DNA of 64,000 nt from an uncultured Eubacteriales bacterium (GCA_902798825.1 CADBYI010000009.1:4721-68720), one strand, 5' to 3'. Counted from the stretch's first letter, positions 34,882 through 45,607 are shown. Numbers and translations are program-made. Notes: generated by a model not told the origin, from the sequence alone.

Positions 34882-35961
34882 ATGTGTATCACCATGAAAA
34901 AGAATTACAAGTACGCCATCGCCTGCCCCACCAGCATGGGCCTTCGGATCACCCCCCAGGATCGCATGGCGGTCCACAACAGCAACCTGTTCTATCTGCA
35001 GGCCACCAGCGCCGAGAGCAACGTGCTGAACGTGTCCTCCTCCCTGGGCAAGGAGTGTCTGGTGCTGACCAAGTTCGTGGAGGGCAGCCCCATGGCCGCC
35101 TTCATCAAGGCCCAGCTTCGGGCCCGGAACATCCGCTACGAGGGCCTGGACGTGGCCCAGGGCGGCCCCTGGGGCTATCGCCACCAGTTCAACATCGCCG
35201 ACTCCGGCTTCGGCCTCCGGGCTCCCCGGGTGTGGAACGATAGGGCCGGTGAAGTGGGCCGGACCCTTAGCGCCGACGACTTCGATCTCGACAGGATCTT
35301 CGGCCAGGAGGGCGTGGGCATCCTGCATCTCTCCGGCCTCATCGCGGCCATGAGCGAAGATACCACCAAGTGCTGCCTGGAGCTGGCCCGCGTGGCCAAG
35401 AAGTACGGCACCCTGGTCAGCTTCGACCTCAATTACCGGGCCACCTTCTGGGCCGGCCGGGAGGCGGAGCTGAAGGCGGCGTTCCACGAGATCGCCTCCG
35501 TGGCCGATATCCTCATCGGCAACGAGGAGGACTTCCAGCTGTGCCTGGGCTTTGCCGGTCCCGAAGCGGGCGGCAAGGAACTGGGGAGCAAGATCGACCG
35601 GTTCAAGGGCATGATCGAGCAGGTCAGGGCCAAGTACCCCAACGCCAAGGCCTACGCCACCACCCTGCGGCAGGTGATCTCCGCCAACGAGCACCTCTGG
35701 GGCGCCATCCTCTACGCGGACGGCCAGTGGTTCGTGGAGGAGCCCCGGCCCATCCAGGTCATGGACCGGATCGGCGGCGGCGACGGGTTCTCCGGCGGCC
35801 TGCTGTATGCCGTGCTCCAGGGCTGGGACGCCGAGAAGTGGCTCCAGTTCGGCTGGGCCTCGGGCGTGCTGGCGGCCTCCAGTCTCAACGATTACGCCGA
35901 GCCCGCCGACGAGAAGCAGGTTTGGGATGTGTATAAGGGCAACGCCCGTGTTCAGCGATAA
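34882..35961 (+). CDS. PfkB-family sugar-acid kinase (KdgK-like)
   Basis: 359 aa. [16 protein letters not shown] is the PfkB signature 2. There is an alternative start at 34894 (MKKNYKY). Confidence 0.8.
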   Translation: MCITMKKNYKYAIACPTSMGLRITPQDRMAVHNSNLFYLQATSAESNVLNVSSSLGKECLVLTKFVEGSPMAAFIKAQLRARNIRYEGLDVAQGGPWGYRHQFNIADSGFGLRAPRVWNDRAGEVGRTLSADDFDLDRIFGQEGVGILHLSGLIAAMSEDTTKCCLELARVAKKYGTLVSFDLNYRATFWAGREAELKAAFHEIASVADILIGNEEDFQLCLGFAGPEAGGKELGSKIDRFKGMIEQVRAKYPNAKAYATTLRQVISANEHLWGAILYADGQWFVEEPRPIQVMDRIGGGDGFSGGLLYAVLQGWDAEKWLQFGWASGVLAASSLNDYAEPADEKQVWDVYKGNARVQR

Positions 35962-35980
35962 AGAAAAGGAGAAAAGTTTT

Positions 35981-37432
35981 ATGAAGAAAGCAGACATCGG
36001 CCTTATCGGCCTGGCCGTCATGGGCGAAAATTTGGTCATGAACATGGAGAGCAAGGGCTTCACCGTGGCCGTCTTCAACCGGACCACCTCCAAGGTGGAC
36101 GCCTTTGTGGAAGGCCGGGCCGCCGGCAAGAACATCATCGGCTGCCACAGCCTGGAGGAGTTGGTGGCAAACCTGGAAAAGCCCCGGAAGGTCTTCATGA
36201 TGGTGAAGGCCGGCAGCGCCGTGGACAGCATGATCGACCAGCTGCTGCCCCTGCTGGAGGACGGGGACATCCTCATCGACGGCGGCAACAGCCACTTCCC
36301 CGACACCATCCGGCGGACGGAGTATGTGGAATCCAAGGGCAAGCTCTACATCGGCACCGGCGTGTCCGGCGGCGAGGAGGGCGCCCTGAAGGGACCCTCC
36401 ATGATGCCCGGCGGCTCCCCCGCGGCCTGGCCCTATGTGAAGCCCATCTTCCAGGCCATCTGCGCCAAGGTGGAGGACGGCTCCCCCTGCTGCGACTGGG
36501 TGGGCGAGAACGGCGCGGGCCACTTCGTGAAGATGGTCCACAACGGCATCGAGTACGGCGATATGCAGCTCATCTGCGAGGCCTATCAGCTCATGCGGGA
36601 TCTGCTGGGCCTCTCCTATGAGGAGATGCACGACATCTTCACCAAGTGGAACGAGACGGAGCTGGACTCCTATCTGATCGAGATCACCCGGGACATCCTG
36701 GGCTTCAAGGACGAGGACGGCTCCCCCCTGGTGGAGCACATCCGGGACACCGCGGGCCAGAAGGGCACCGGCAAGTGGACCGGCATCGCGGCCCTGGACG
36801 AGGGCGTGCCCCTGACCCTCATCGGCGAGGCCGTGTTCGCCCGGTGCCTGTCCGCCATGAAGGAGGAGCGGGTGGAGGCCGCCAAGGTCTTCGATCGGAA
36901 GATTCCCGCCTTCACCGGCGACAAGGAAGCCTTCATCGAGGCCATCCGGCAGGCCCTCTTCGCCTCCAAGATCATCTCCTACGCCCAGGGCTACACCCTG
37001 ATGCGCACGGCGGCGGAGCACTACGGCTGGAATCTGAACTACGGCGGCATCGCCCTCATGTGGCGGGGCGGCTGCATCATCCGCAGCGTCTTCCTGGGCA
37101 AGATCAAGGAAGCCTACGACAAGAACCCCGACCTCAGCAATCTGCTGCTGGACCCCTACTTCAAGGAGACCATCGAGAAGCTGGTGCCGTCTTGGCGCAC
37201 CGTGGCCGCCGCCGCCCTATCCTACGGGGTGCCCGCCCCGGCCATGACCTCCGCGCTGAGCTACTTCGACGGCTACACCACCGAGCGGCTGCCCGCCAAC
37301 TTGCTGCAGGCCCAGCGGGACTACTTCGGCGCCCACACCTATGAGCGGCTGGACGCGCCCCGGGGCCAGTTCTTCCACACCAACTGGACCGGCCACGGCG
37401 GCAACACGGCGGCCACCACCTATAACGCGTAA
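35981..37432 (+). CDS. gnd: 6-phosphogluconate dehydrogenase (decarboxylating)
   Basis: ATG 35981. [48 protein letters not shown] and [19 protein letters not shown] are classic Gnd blocks. Confidence 0.9.
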   Translation: MKKADIGLIGLAVMGENLVMNMESKGFTVAVFNRTTSKVDAFVEGRAAGKNIIGCHSLEELVANLEKPRKVFMMVKAGSAVDSMIDQLLPLLEDGDILIDGGNSHFPDTIRRTEYVESKGKLYIGTGVSGGEEGALKGPSMMPGGSPAAWPYVKPIFQAICAKVEDGSPCCDWVGENGAGHFVKMVHNGIEYGDMQLICEAYQLMRDLLGLSYEEMHDIFTKWNETELDSYLIEITRDILGFKDEDGSPLVEHIRDTAGQKGTGKWTGIAALDEGVPLTLIGEAVFARCLSAMKEERVEAAKVFDRKIPAFTGDKEAFIEAIRQALFASKIISYAQGYTLMRTAAEHYGWNLNYGGIALMWRGGCIIRSVFLGKIKEAYDKNPDLSNLLLDPYFKETIEKLVPSWRTVAAAALSYGVPAPAMTSALSYFDGYTTERLPANLLQAQRDYFGAHTYERLDAPRGQFFHTNWTGHGGNTAATTYNA

Positions 37433-37444
37433 GCGGAGCCGTTT

Positions 37445-38731
37445 ATGAACGACATCTATCTCTATGCAAAAACCGACGCGGGTCTCTCCCTGGACGAGAT
37501 CCGCGTCGCCCTGCTGGAAAGTCTGGAGGGCCGGGACCTTCACAAGGTGCTGATCCTGCCCCCGGACTTCACCCGCTTCCACTCGAACGCGGGCTTCATC
37601 ACCAACGTCTACTATCACGCCCTGGTGGACAGCGGCGTCCAGGTGGACATCCTGCCGGCCCTGGGCACCCACGTGCCCGTGACCCGGGAGCAATGGGCGA
37701 CCATGTTCGGAGATATTCCCTACGAGCGGATGCTGGTCCACAACTGGCGGACGGACGTGGTCCAGCTTGGCCAGATCCCGGCGGACTTCGTGTCCGAGAT
37801 CACCGAGGGCCTTTGGACCGACCCCGTGGTGGCGGAGGTGAACCGGCGGGTCATGGACGAAAGCTATGACCTCATCATCTCCCCGGGCCAGGTGGTGCCC
37901 CACGAGGTCATCGGCATGGCCAACCATGCCAAGAACCTGTTCGTGGGCGTGGGCGGCAGTGACATGATCAACAAGTCCCACATGATCGGCGCGGTCTACG
38001 GCATGGAGCGGATGATGGGCAAGGACAACACCCCTGTCCGCAAGCTCTTCGACTATGGCATGGCGCACTTTTTGAACCGGCGGCCCCTCCTCTTCGTGCT
38101 GACGGTGAACACCGCCCCCGGCGGGCACATCCACACCCACGGCCTGTTCATCGGCGAGGGCCGGGACTGCCTCACCGAGGCCGTGAAGCTGGCCCAACAG
38201 AAGAACATCGACTTCGTGCCCCACGGGCTCAGGAAGTGCGTGGTGTATCTGGACCCCTCGGAGTTCAAGAGCACCTGGCTGGGCAACAAGGCGGTGTATC
38301 GGACCCGCATGGCCATGGCCGACGGCGGCGAGCTCATCGTGCTGGCCCCCGGCGTGGAGCGCTTCGGAGAGGACGACCAGGTGGACAAGCTCATCCGCAA
38401 GTACGGCTATCGGGGGCGGCTCCACACCCTGGAGGCGTTCAGGAAGCCCGAGAATCAGGACCTTCGGGACAACATGGGCGCCGCGGCGCACCTGATCCAC
38501 GGGTCCTCCGACGGCCGGTTCACCATCACCTACGCCGTGAAAAACATCACTAAGGAAGAGGTGGAGGGCGTGGGCTTCGTGGCCGCGGATTACGACGAGA
38601 TGGCGAAGAAATACGATCCCCATGCCCTGCAGTACGGCTACAACACCGTGGACGGGGAGCAGATCTACTTTATCCCCAACCCGGCCCTGGGTCTTTGGAT
38701 CGACCGGGAGCGCTTTGAAAAGGAGAACTAA
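37445..38731 (+). CDS. LarA-like (lactate racemase N-terminal/DUF2088 superfamily) putative nickel-pincer 2-hydroxyacid epimerase
   Basis: 428 aa with PPDFTRF and ALGTHVP. PHEVIGMANHAKNLFVGVGGSDMINKSH gives H-10-K-16-H spacing, like LarA His174/Lys184/His200. Confidence 0.6.
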   Translation: MNDIYLYAKTDAGLSLDEIRVALLESLEGRDLHKVLILPPDFTRFHSNAGFITNVYYHALVDSGVQVDILPALGTHVPVTREQWATMFGDIPYERMLVHNWRTDVVQLGQIPADFVSEITEGLWTDPVVAEVNRRVMDESYDLIISPGQVVPHEVIGMANHAKNLFVGVGGSDMINKSHMIGAVYGMERMMGKDNTPVRKLFDYGMAHFLNRRPLLFVLTVNTAPGGHIHTHGLFIGEGRDCLTEAVKLAQQKNIDFVPHGLRKCVVYLDPSEFKSTWLGNKAVYRTRMAMADGGELIVLAPGVERFGEDDQVDKLIRKYGYRGRLHTLEAFRKPENQDLRDNMGAAAHLIHGSSDGRFTITYAVKNITKEEVEGVGFVAADYDEMAKKYDPHALQYGYNTVDGEQIYFIPNPALGLWIDRERFEKEN

Positions 38732-38734
38732 GCT

Positions 38735-40117
38735 ATGAAGCCCTTTATGGACAAGGATTTTCTGCTGGAAACGGACACCGCGAAGCATCTGTTCCATGAC
38801 ATCGCGGACAGCATGCCCATCATCGACTACCACTGCCATCTGATCCCCCGGGAGATCTATGAGGATCGGCAGTTTGAGAACATCACCCAGGTCTGGCTGG
38901 GGGGCGACCACTACAAGTGGCGGCTCATGCGCAGCTTCGGCGTGGAGGAGCGGTTCATCACCGGCGACGCCTCGGACCGGGAGAAGTTCCAGAAGTGGGC
39001 CGAGACCTTGAGCCTGGCCATCGGGAACCCCCTGTATCATTGGAGCCATCTGGAGCTTCAGCGGTACTTCGGCTATGAGGGGATTTTGAACGGCGACACC
39101 GCCCAGGCGGTGTGGGACCTGTGCAACGCCAAGCTCCGGGAGAGGGATTTCTCTGCCCGGAATCTGATCGTCAAGTCCAACGTGAAGGTGGTCTGCACCA
39201 CCGACGATCCGGCGGACACCCTGGAATGGCATCAGAAGATCGCGGCGGACGGCTTCCCCGTGAAGGTGCTGCCCAGCTTCCGGCCCGACAAGGCCATGAA
39301 TCTGGAGAAGCCCGAGTATCTGGACTACCTTTCCAAGTTGGGCAGCCCCAGGACCTACGCCCAGTTGGTGCAGGTGCTCCAGGAAAAACTGGCCTTCTTC
39401 GTGTCCCTCGGCTGCCGGGTCAGCGACCACGCCGTGGAGTCCGTGCCCTATGCCCCCGCCACCGAGGCGGAGCTGGAGGCCATCTTCCAAAAGCGGCTCT
39501 CCGGGACCATCCCCACCGCCCAGGAGCAGAAGCAGTTCAAGACCGGCCTGCTGCTCATGCTGGGCCGGTGCTACGCCAAATACGGCATCGCCATGCAGCT
39601 CCACTTCGGCTGCATCCGGGACAACAACCAGTACATCTACCGGCTGTTGGGCCCCGACACGGGCGTGGATTCCATCGGCGACCCCTCGTCGATGAAGGAG
39701 CTGGTGGGGCTGCTGAACGCGTTGGCGGAGAAAAACGAGCTCCCCAAGACCATCCTCTACTCCCTGAACCCCACGGAGAACGCGGCCATCGGCACCATCA
39801 TCGGCTGCTTCCAGGGTCCCGAAGCCCGGGGCAAGATCCAGCACGGCAGCGCCTGGTGGTTCAACGATCATGAGAAGGGGATGCTGGATCAGATGACCAC
39901 CCTGGCTTCCGAGGGCGCCCTGGCCGCCTTTGTGGGCATGCTCACCGATTCCCGCAGCTTCCTCTCCTACGCCCGGCACGAGTATTTCCGCCGGCTTTTG
40001 TGCAACCTCATCGGCAACTGGGTGGAGAAGGGCGAGTTCCCCAACGACGAGAAGGCTCTGAGAACCATCGTGGAAGGCATCTGCTACAACAACGCCAAGG
40101 CGTATTTCGGCTTTTGA
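38735..40117 (+). CDS. uxaC: Glucuronate isomerase
   Basis: MKPFMDKDFLLETDTAKHLFHD..PIIDYHCHL..GDHYKWRLMR is a UxaC hallmark N-terminus. Length is 460 aa. Confidence 0.9.
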   Translation: MKPFMDKDFLLETDTAKHLFHDIADSMPIIDYHCHLIPREIYEDRQFENITQVWLGGDHYKWRLMRSFGVEERFITGDASDREKFQKWAETLSLAIGNPLYHWSHLELQRYFGYEGILNGDTAQAVWDLCNAKLRERDFSARNLIVKSNVKVVCTTDDPADTLEWHQKIAADGFPVKVLPSFRPDKAMNLEKPEYLDYLSKLGSPRTYAQLVQVLQEKLAFFVSLGCRVSDHAVESVPYAPATEAELEAIFQKRLSGTIPTAQEQKQFKTGLLLMLGRCYAKYGIAMQLHFGCIRDNNQYIYRLLGPDTGVDSIGDPSSMKELVGLLNALAEKNELPKTILYSLNPTENAAIGTIIGCFQGPEARGKIQHGSAWWFNDHEKGMLDQMTTLASEGALAAFVGMLTDSRSFLSYARHEYFRRLLCNLIGNWVEKGEFPNDEKALRTIVEGICYNNAKAYFGF

Positions 40118-40180
40118 TTCGCAGCGGCAGCTGCCAAAATGACAAGGGGGAAGGGACCGCAAAGTCCCCTCCCCCTTTTG

Positions 40181-40978
40181 TTATGCAAGCGTGACGGAGG
40201 CGATGTATTCCACCCCGTCCGGGGCGGCGATGGCCGGGTCGCTGACGTCCACGGCGGGAGAAAGACCCTTCTCCCTGGCCCCCAGGACGAAGTGGCAGAG
40301 GGCGATGCCCAGATCGATCTTCTGCATATCCCCCACGGCGTCGCTGACGTAGCCCCTGTCGTGCTTGAGATAGAAGTGATAGGTCCCGTTCCGTAGGATC
40401 ACCCGCCAGGGCTGTTTGTTCACCGCCGAGGGGGCCCACCGGACCAGCTCCAGCAGATCGTCCGCCGCCGAAAGGGGGGTGTCGAAGTTCTCCTGGAAGA
40501 ACAGCTTCTCCCGGGGCAGGCGGCTGTCCGCGTCGACGCCCCGGCGCATGATGGCCTCCCGCAGCGAGCGCTTGGCCGCCGGATACCCCAGGGGGCTGAC
40601 GCAGGGCATCCTCTCCCCCTCCCCCAGCTCTGCGGCCGCCGCGAACAGCTCCCGCTTCATGGTGCCGCCGATCCACACGGAGCCCACGCCCAATGACCAG
40701 GCGTATAGGAGCAGCGCCTCCATGGAGAAGCCGCAGGCCACGTCCCCATAGGGAACCTTGGGGACCTTCCCCGCCACATACAGGGGTTCGCCGGTCAGCA
40801 CCGGGCTGGAAAGGCCCTTTTCCTTGGCGTCCAGGAACACGAAGGTCACCGGGATGTCGAAGGGGTTCTCCGCCCCGGCGGCGAAGGTTTTGAGCTTTTG
40901 CGCTGTCGCCTCCTCCAGGGGTCGTCCGTCGAAGGTGCGCACGCTCTTGCGCGTCAGCATGGTGTCCGCTGTGATCAT
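40181..40978 (-). CDS. Nitroreductase-family protein (long form)
   Basis: Starts at the internal ATG 40978 (MITADTMLTRKSVRTFDG). APSAVNKQPWRV is also present. Confidence 0.75.
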   Translation of the reverse strand: MITADTMLTRKSVRTFDGRPLEEATAQKLKTFAAGAENPFDIPVTFVFLDAKEKGLSSPVLTGEPLYVAGKVPKVPYGDVACGFSMEALLLYAWSLGVGSVWIGGTMKRELFAAAAELGEGERMPCVSPLGYPAAKRSLREAIMRRGVDADSRLPREKLFFQENFDTPLSAADDLLELVRWAPSAVNKQPWRVILRNGTYHFYLKHDRGYVSDAVGDMQKIDLGIALCHFVLGAREKGLSPAVDVSDPAIAAPDGVEYIASVTLA

Positions 40979-41090
40979 GTTCGTCGCTCCTTTGGGATTT
41001 TTATATATTGTACTATGGCCCCTGCCTGCCGTCAACCGCAGACAAAGGACGGACTGCTTTGCAGTCCGTCCTTCATGATTTCGTCCTATA

Positions 41091-41291
41091 TCACTGGAAT
41101 CGGGTGAAGAAGGCGTAGGCCAGGAAACAGATGAGCGCCAGCACCAGCATGATGGGCAGGATGAAGTTGAGGAAGGCGGCGATGAGCAGGGCGGGCAAAT
41201 CGCCCTTCTCCAGCTTCACCTTGGGCTTTTCCGCCTTTGCGCCCTCGGGCGCCGGCTCCTGTTCAGCTGTGTTCTTCTCCAAGGGGTCCAT
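41091..41291 (-). CDS. Small membrane protein, unknown function
   Basis: 66 aa with a GGGAGGA RBS. A charged N-terminus is followed by one TM helix (LPALLIAAFLNFILPIMLVLALICFLAYAFF). Confidence 0.5.
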   Translation of the reverse strand: MDPLEKNTAEQEPAPEGAKAEKPKVKLEKGDLPALLIAAFLNFILPIMLVLALICFLAYAFFTRFQ

Positions 41292-41315
41292 CCGTTTCCT
41301 CCCGTCCAGGGTCGA

Positions 41316-41579
41316 TCAGTCCTTCTTTTCCTTCCACTTGTCCTGCAGCTCATACATATGATGGCAGGCGGCGTAGTGGCCGGGGGATACCTCCTCCCAG
41401 GTGGGGACCACGTGGCGGCAGATCTCCGTGCAATGCTCGCAGCGGGTGTGGAACTTGCAGCCGTCGGGGGGATTCACGGGGCTGGGGATGTCGCCCTCCA
41501 GGATGTGCAGCTCCTTCTCCGAAAGAATGTGTTGTATGGTCTCAGCAGAAACGCTGATACACGCCGTTGAATACGCCAT
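41316..41579 (-). pseudogene. Remnant of an Opp/Dpp ABC ATPase C-terminal domain
   Basis: [48 protein letters not shown] matches the oligopeptide-ATPase C-terminal domain (compare 26940-27070). There is no Walker region and no RBS, and it overlaps the fchA-like 3' end. Confidence 0.5.
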
Positions 41580-42159
41580 CGGCCATCTGGGTATAGTGGG
41601 TCAGAGCTTCGTTTACATGGGCGTCGATGGCGTCCGCATAGGGCCGATCCTTCATGAGACGGGTGTTCACCTTCACGTTGACGGCGGCGCCCATGAGGGC
41701 GGCCCGGCAGAAGCTGACGCCGGTGGCCGCGTCGGATATGACCAGCTTGCTGCCCTTTTCGGCGAAGTCCCGCTGTATCTCGATGGCTTCGCACACGAGA
41801 TCGAAGATCTCCAGGGGCACGGCCGCCGCGTCGTGGAGGCAATTTTCCATGATCCCGTCCCGGGCGGGGTCGTCCTTGGGGATGCCGTAGGCCCGGCTCA
41901 GAGGCTCGAAGGCTACGGCGTCCTTCTCCACGCAACCAAGGAGCCGGACCCGAAGATCCTGGGCCCGGGCCATGAGGCAGCGGAGGTCCCCCTCCACGTT
42001 GGCATACTTCTTCTTGCCCACGGTGAGCTCCCCCACCATGTCGCCCAGCGCGATGCCCACGGCCCCCACCAGGGCGCAGGCCCCGCCGCCGCCGGGAACC
42101 GGTGCGGGGGAAGCCAGCTGCTCCGTAAACGCTGCGACGCTGCCGTTGATCATCTCCAT
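41542..42159 (-). CDS. Cyclodeaminase/cyclohydrolase-family protein (FchA-like methenyl-THF cyclohydrolase)
   Basis: ATG 42159 follows [32 protein letters not shown] is the family hallmark. It lies immediately downstream of fhs. Confidence 0.75.
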   Translation of the reverse strand: MEMINGSVAAFTEQLASPAPVPGGGGACALVGAVGIALGDMVGELTVGKKKYANVEGDLRCLMARAQDLRVRLLGCVEKDAVAFEPLSRAYGIPKDDPARDGIMENCLHDAAAVPLEIFDLVCEAIEIQRDFAEKGSKLVISDAATGVSFCRAALMGAAVNVKVNTRLMKDRPYADAIDAHVNEALTHYTQMADGVFNGVYQRFC

Positions 42160-42175
42160 AGGATGCCTCTCCAAA

Positions 42176-43852
42176 TCAGAACAGGCCGGAAATGACGCCG
42201 TTCTCGTCCACGTCGATCTTCTCCGCCGCGGGGACCTTGGGCAGGCCCGGCATGGTCATGATGTCGCCGGTGTAGCAGACGATGAAGCCCGCGCCGGCGC
42301 AGACCTTCAGATCCGTCACGGTCAGGGTGAAGTCCTGGGGCGCCCCCAGGAGCTTGGGATCGTCGGAGAAGCTGTACTGGGTCTTGGCCATGCAGATGGG
42401 GAATTTGTCGAAGCCCAGATCCGTCAGCAGCTGGGCCTTTTTCTTAGCAGCAGGCATAAACTCCACGTCCTTGGCGTGATAGACCCGCTGGGCGATGGCG
42501 GTGATCTTGCTGAGGATGGGCTGCTCGAGATCGTAGACGAAGGAGAAATGGTTCTCCTGCTCGCAGAGCCGGACCACTTCCTCAGCGAGAGCCTTGCCGC
42601 CCTCGCCGCCCTTTGCCCAAACTTCGGAAAGGGCCACGTTCACGCCCAGCTCCCGGCACTTTTCGGCCACAAGATCCAGCTCCGCCTTGGTATCCGTGGG
42701 GAAGGCGTTGACGGCCACCACGCAGGGCACGCCGTAGACGCTGCGGACGTTGCTCACGTGCTGCAGCAGATTCGGCAGGCCCTTCTCCAGCGCTGCCAGG
42801 TTTTCCACGCCCAGATCGGCCTTAGCCACGCCCCCATGATACTTGAGGGCCCGGACCGTGGCCACGATGACCACCGCCGAGGGCTTGAGGCCCGTCATGC
42901 GGCACTTGATGTCCACGAACTTTTCCGCCCCCAGATCCGCGGCGAAGCCGGCCTCGGTGACGGCGTAGTCGGCCAGCTTCAGCGCCAGGCGGGTGGCCAT
43001 GACGCTGTTGCAGCCGTGGGCGATGTTGGCGAAGGGGCCGCCGTGGATGAAGGCGGGGGTGCCCTCCAGGGTCTGGACCAGGTTGGGCTTGATGGCGTCC
43101 TTCAAAAGGGCCGCCATGGCGCCTTCGGCCTTCAGATCATGGGCGGTGACGGGCTTGCCGGCGTAGGTGTAGCCCACGATGATGCGGCCAAGGCGCTCCT
43201 TTAGATCGGTGATGCTGCCGGAGAGGCACAGGACCGCCATGACCTCGCTGGCCACGGTGATTTCAAAGCCGTCCTCCCGGGGCACGCCCTGGACCTTGCC
43301 GCCCAAGCCGTCCACGATGTGGCGGAGCTGGCGGTCGTTCATGTCCACGGCCCGCTTCCAGGTGATCTGCTTGGGGTCGATACCCAGGGCGTTCCCCTGC
43401 TGGATGTGGTTGTCCAGCATGGCCGCCAGCAGGTTGTTGGCCGCGCCGATGGCGTGGAAGTCCCCGGTGAAGTGGAGGTTGATGTCCTCCATGGGCACCA
43501 CCTGGGCATAGCCGCCGCCGGCGGCGCCGCCCTTGACGCCGAACACGGGGCCCAAGGAGGGCTCCCGCAGGGCCACCATGGCGTTCTTGCCGATCTTGCG
43601 CAGGCCGTCCGCCAGCCCCACGCTGGTGGTGGTCTTCCCCTCCCCCGCGGGGGTGGGGGTGATGGCGGTGACCAGTATGAGCTTGCCGTCGGGCCGGTCG
43701 CTGAGGTCCCGCAACAGGGACAGATCGATCTTGGCCTTGTAGTTGCCGTACTGTTCCAGATACTTTTCCTCGATGCCCGCGCGGGCGGCGATGCTGCGGA
43801 TGGGCTGCTTCTCACAGGCCTGGGCGATCATGATGTCGGATTTGTATTCCAT
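42176..43852 (-). CDS. fhs: Formate--tetrahydrofolate ligase
   Basis: 558 aa with [19 protein letters not shown] and other canonical Fhs blocks. Confidence 0.95.
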   Translation of the reverse strand: MEYKSDIMIAQACEKQPIRSIAARAGIEEKYLEQYGNYKAKIDLSLLRDLSDRPDGKLILVTAITPTPAGEGKTTTSVGLADGLRKIGKNAMVALREPSLGPVFGVKGGAAGGGYAQVVPMEDINLHFTGDFHAIGAANNLLAAMLDNHIQQGNALGIDPKQITWKRAVDMNDRQLRHIVDGLGGKVQGVPREDGFEITVASEVMAVLCLSGSITDLKERLGRIIVGYTYAGKPVTAHDLKAEGAMAALLKDAIKPNLVQTLEGTPAFIHGGPFANIAHGCNSVMATRLALKLADYAVTEAGFAADLGAEKFVDIKCRMTGLKPSAVVIVATVRALKYHGGVAKADLGVENLAALEKGLPNLLQHVSNVRSVYGVPCVVAVNAFPTDTKAELDLVAEKCRELGVNVALSEVWAKGGEGGKALAEEVVRLCEQENHFSFVYDLEQPILSKITAIAQRVYHAKDVEFMPAAKKKAQLLTDLGFDKFPICMAKTQYSFSDDPKLLGAPQDFTLTVTDLKVCAGAGFIVCYTGDIMTMPGLPKVPAAEKIDVDENGVISGLF

Positions 43853-43921
43853 GTGATTTCCTCCAAAGAATCCAATACTGTTCAGGCGTTTACACGCCGC
43901 AAAAACCGTCGGACGACGGGC

Positions 43922-44368
43922 TCACTCCCCGTCCTCGCCAAGGGGCAGATCCTTGGTCTTGAAAAGGCATTTGAGCTCCACGGAGGTCCGGGAGTCACCG
44001 TAGGTCTTGATGACGGACAGCAGCTCGTCCAGTTCGTCCGTGTCCCGAACGTAAAAGTGGAGCAGGGCGTTGTAGGTGCCGATCAGATGGTGATGCTCCG
44101 TGATGGCCGGGTGCTTCTCGCAGAAGGCGCAGAAGGCGGCGTACTTGGTGGGCTCCGGCGATGCCATGATGTATCCGCCCACGGCATAGCCGATCTTCTC
44201 CCGATTGATGGCGATGCTGTATCCCTCGATGATCCCCTCGTCCTCCAGCTTGTGGATGCGCTCGGAGACCGAAGGCGGGGTCAGGTTCACCCGTTCGCCG
44301 ATCTCCCGCAGGGTCATGCGGGCTTCCGCCTGCAACAAGTTCAGTATCCTTTGATCGGTGGCGTCCAT
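43922..44368 (-). CDS. Lrp/AsnC-family transcriptional regulator
   Basis: MDATDQRILNLLQAEARMTLREIGERVNLTPPSVSERIHKLEDEGII. Length is 148 aa. Confidence 0.9.
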   Translation of the reverse strand: MDATDQRILNLLQAEARMTLREIGERVNLTPPSVSERIHKLEDEGIIEGYSIAINREKIGYAVGGYIMASPEPTKYAAFCAFCEKHPAITEHHHLIGTYNALLHFYVRDTDELDELLSVIKTYGDSRTSVELKCLFKTKDLPLGEDGE

Positions 44369-44380
44369 ATCGTTTCTCCT

Positions 44381-45607
44381 TTAGATGATCTTTTGTCCCT
44401 TTTTGATGACGGTGTTCACCAGATTGCTGCCCATGCGGTAGCAGATGTAGTTCAAATCCTCCGCGTTCCAAATGACCAGATCCCCCTGCTTGCCCACCTC
44501 CAGGGAGCCCAGCCTGTCCGCCCGGCGGATGGCGGCGGCGCCGTTCAGGGTGACGGCGGTCAGCACCTCCTCGGGGGTCAGCCTGTAGCGAAGGCAGCCC
44601 AGGTTCATGACGAACTGCAGATTCAAGCTGGGGCAGGAGCCGGGGTTGAAGTCCGAGGCCATGGCCACGGCCACGCCCTTTTCGATCATGGCCCGGGCCG
44701 GGGCGAAGGTGGAGCCCAGATAGAAGCTGGTGGCGGGCAGCAGGCAGGCCACGGTGCCCGCCTTCGCCATGGCGGCGATGCCCTCCGGGGGGCAGACGAT
44801 AAGGTGCTCGGCGGAGACGGCGCCCACCGCCTCCGTGAGCTGGGAGCCGCCGATGGGATCGATCTCGTCGGCGTGAATCTTGGGGATAAGGCCATAGCGC
44901 TTGCCCGCCTCCAGGATCGTTTGGGACTCCTGGGCGGAGAAGACGCCGGTCTCACAGAACACGTCGCAGAATTCAGCGAGCTTTTCCTCGGCCACGGCGG
45001 GGATGAGCTCCTCACGCAGGAGGCGAATGTACCCTTCCCTGTCCTCCTTATATTCCTTGGGCACCGCGTGGGCCCCCAGGAAGGTGGGAACCAGGTCCAC
45101 GGGGTGGGTCTCGCTGAGGCGGCGGATGGTGCGAAGCTGCTTGAGCTCGTTGTCCATATCGAGGCCGTAGCCGCTCTTGGCTTCCACGGTGGTGACGCCC
45201 AGGGAGAGCATCTCATCCAGAGCTTCCCGGGCCTTCTCCGTCAGCTCCTCCTCGCTGGCGGCTCTCGTGGCGTTGACGGTGGACAGGATGCCGCCGCCCA
45301 TGGCCAGGATGTCCAGATACGTGGCGCCGTGGAGCTTGAGCCCCAGCTCGTTCTGCCGCCAGCCGCCGAAGATCAGGTGGGTGTGGGCGTCCACGAGGCC
45401 CGGGGTCACCAGCTTGCCGCCGGCGTCGATGACCTGGCCCCCCCCTTCGTCGGGCGCGTCGGTGCCGATCTTCGTGACGAGGCCGTCCTCGATCTCCACA
45501 TACGCGTTCTTCAGCACCCGGATCTGGCCCTGCTCCGGCCCGCGGCGGGCGGTTTTGCCCTCCGGGGTGGCCAGCATGCCGATATTCTTGACGATCATCT
45601 TCTGCAT
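44381..45607 (-). CDS. hutI: Imidazolonepropionase
   Basis: 408 aa with PGLVDAHTHLIFGG, HADE and other amidohydrolase/HutI blocks. Confidence 0.9.
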   Translation of the reverse strand: MQKMIVKNIGMLATPEGKTARRGPEQGQIRVLKNAYVEIEDGLVTKIGTDAPDEGGGQVIDAGGKLVTPGLVDAHTHLIFGGWRQNELGLKLHGATYLDILAMGGGILSTVNATRAASEEELTEKAREALDEMLSLGVTTVEAKSGYGLDMDNELKQLRTIRRLSETHPVDLVPTFLGAHAVPKEYKEDREGYIRLLREELIPAVAEEKLAEFCDVFCETGVFSAQESQTILEAGKRYGLIPKIHADEIDPIGGSQLTEAVGAVSAEHLIVCPPEGIAAMAKAGTVACLLPATSFYLGSTFAPARAMIEKGVAVAMASDFNPGSCPSLNLQFVMNLGCLRYRLTPEEVLTAVTLNGAAAIRRADRLGSLEVGKQGDLVIWNAEDLNYICYRMGSNLVNTVIKKGQKII

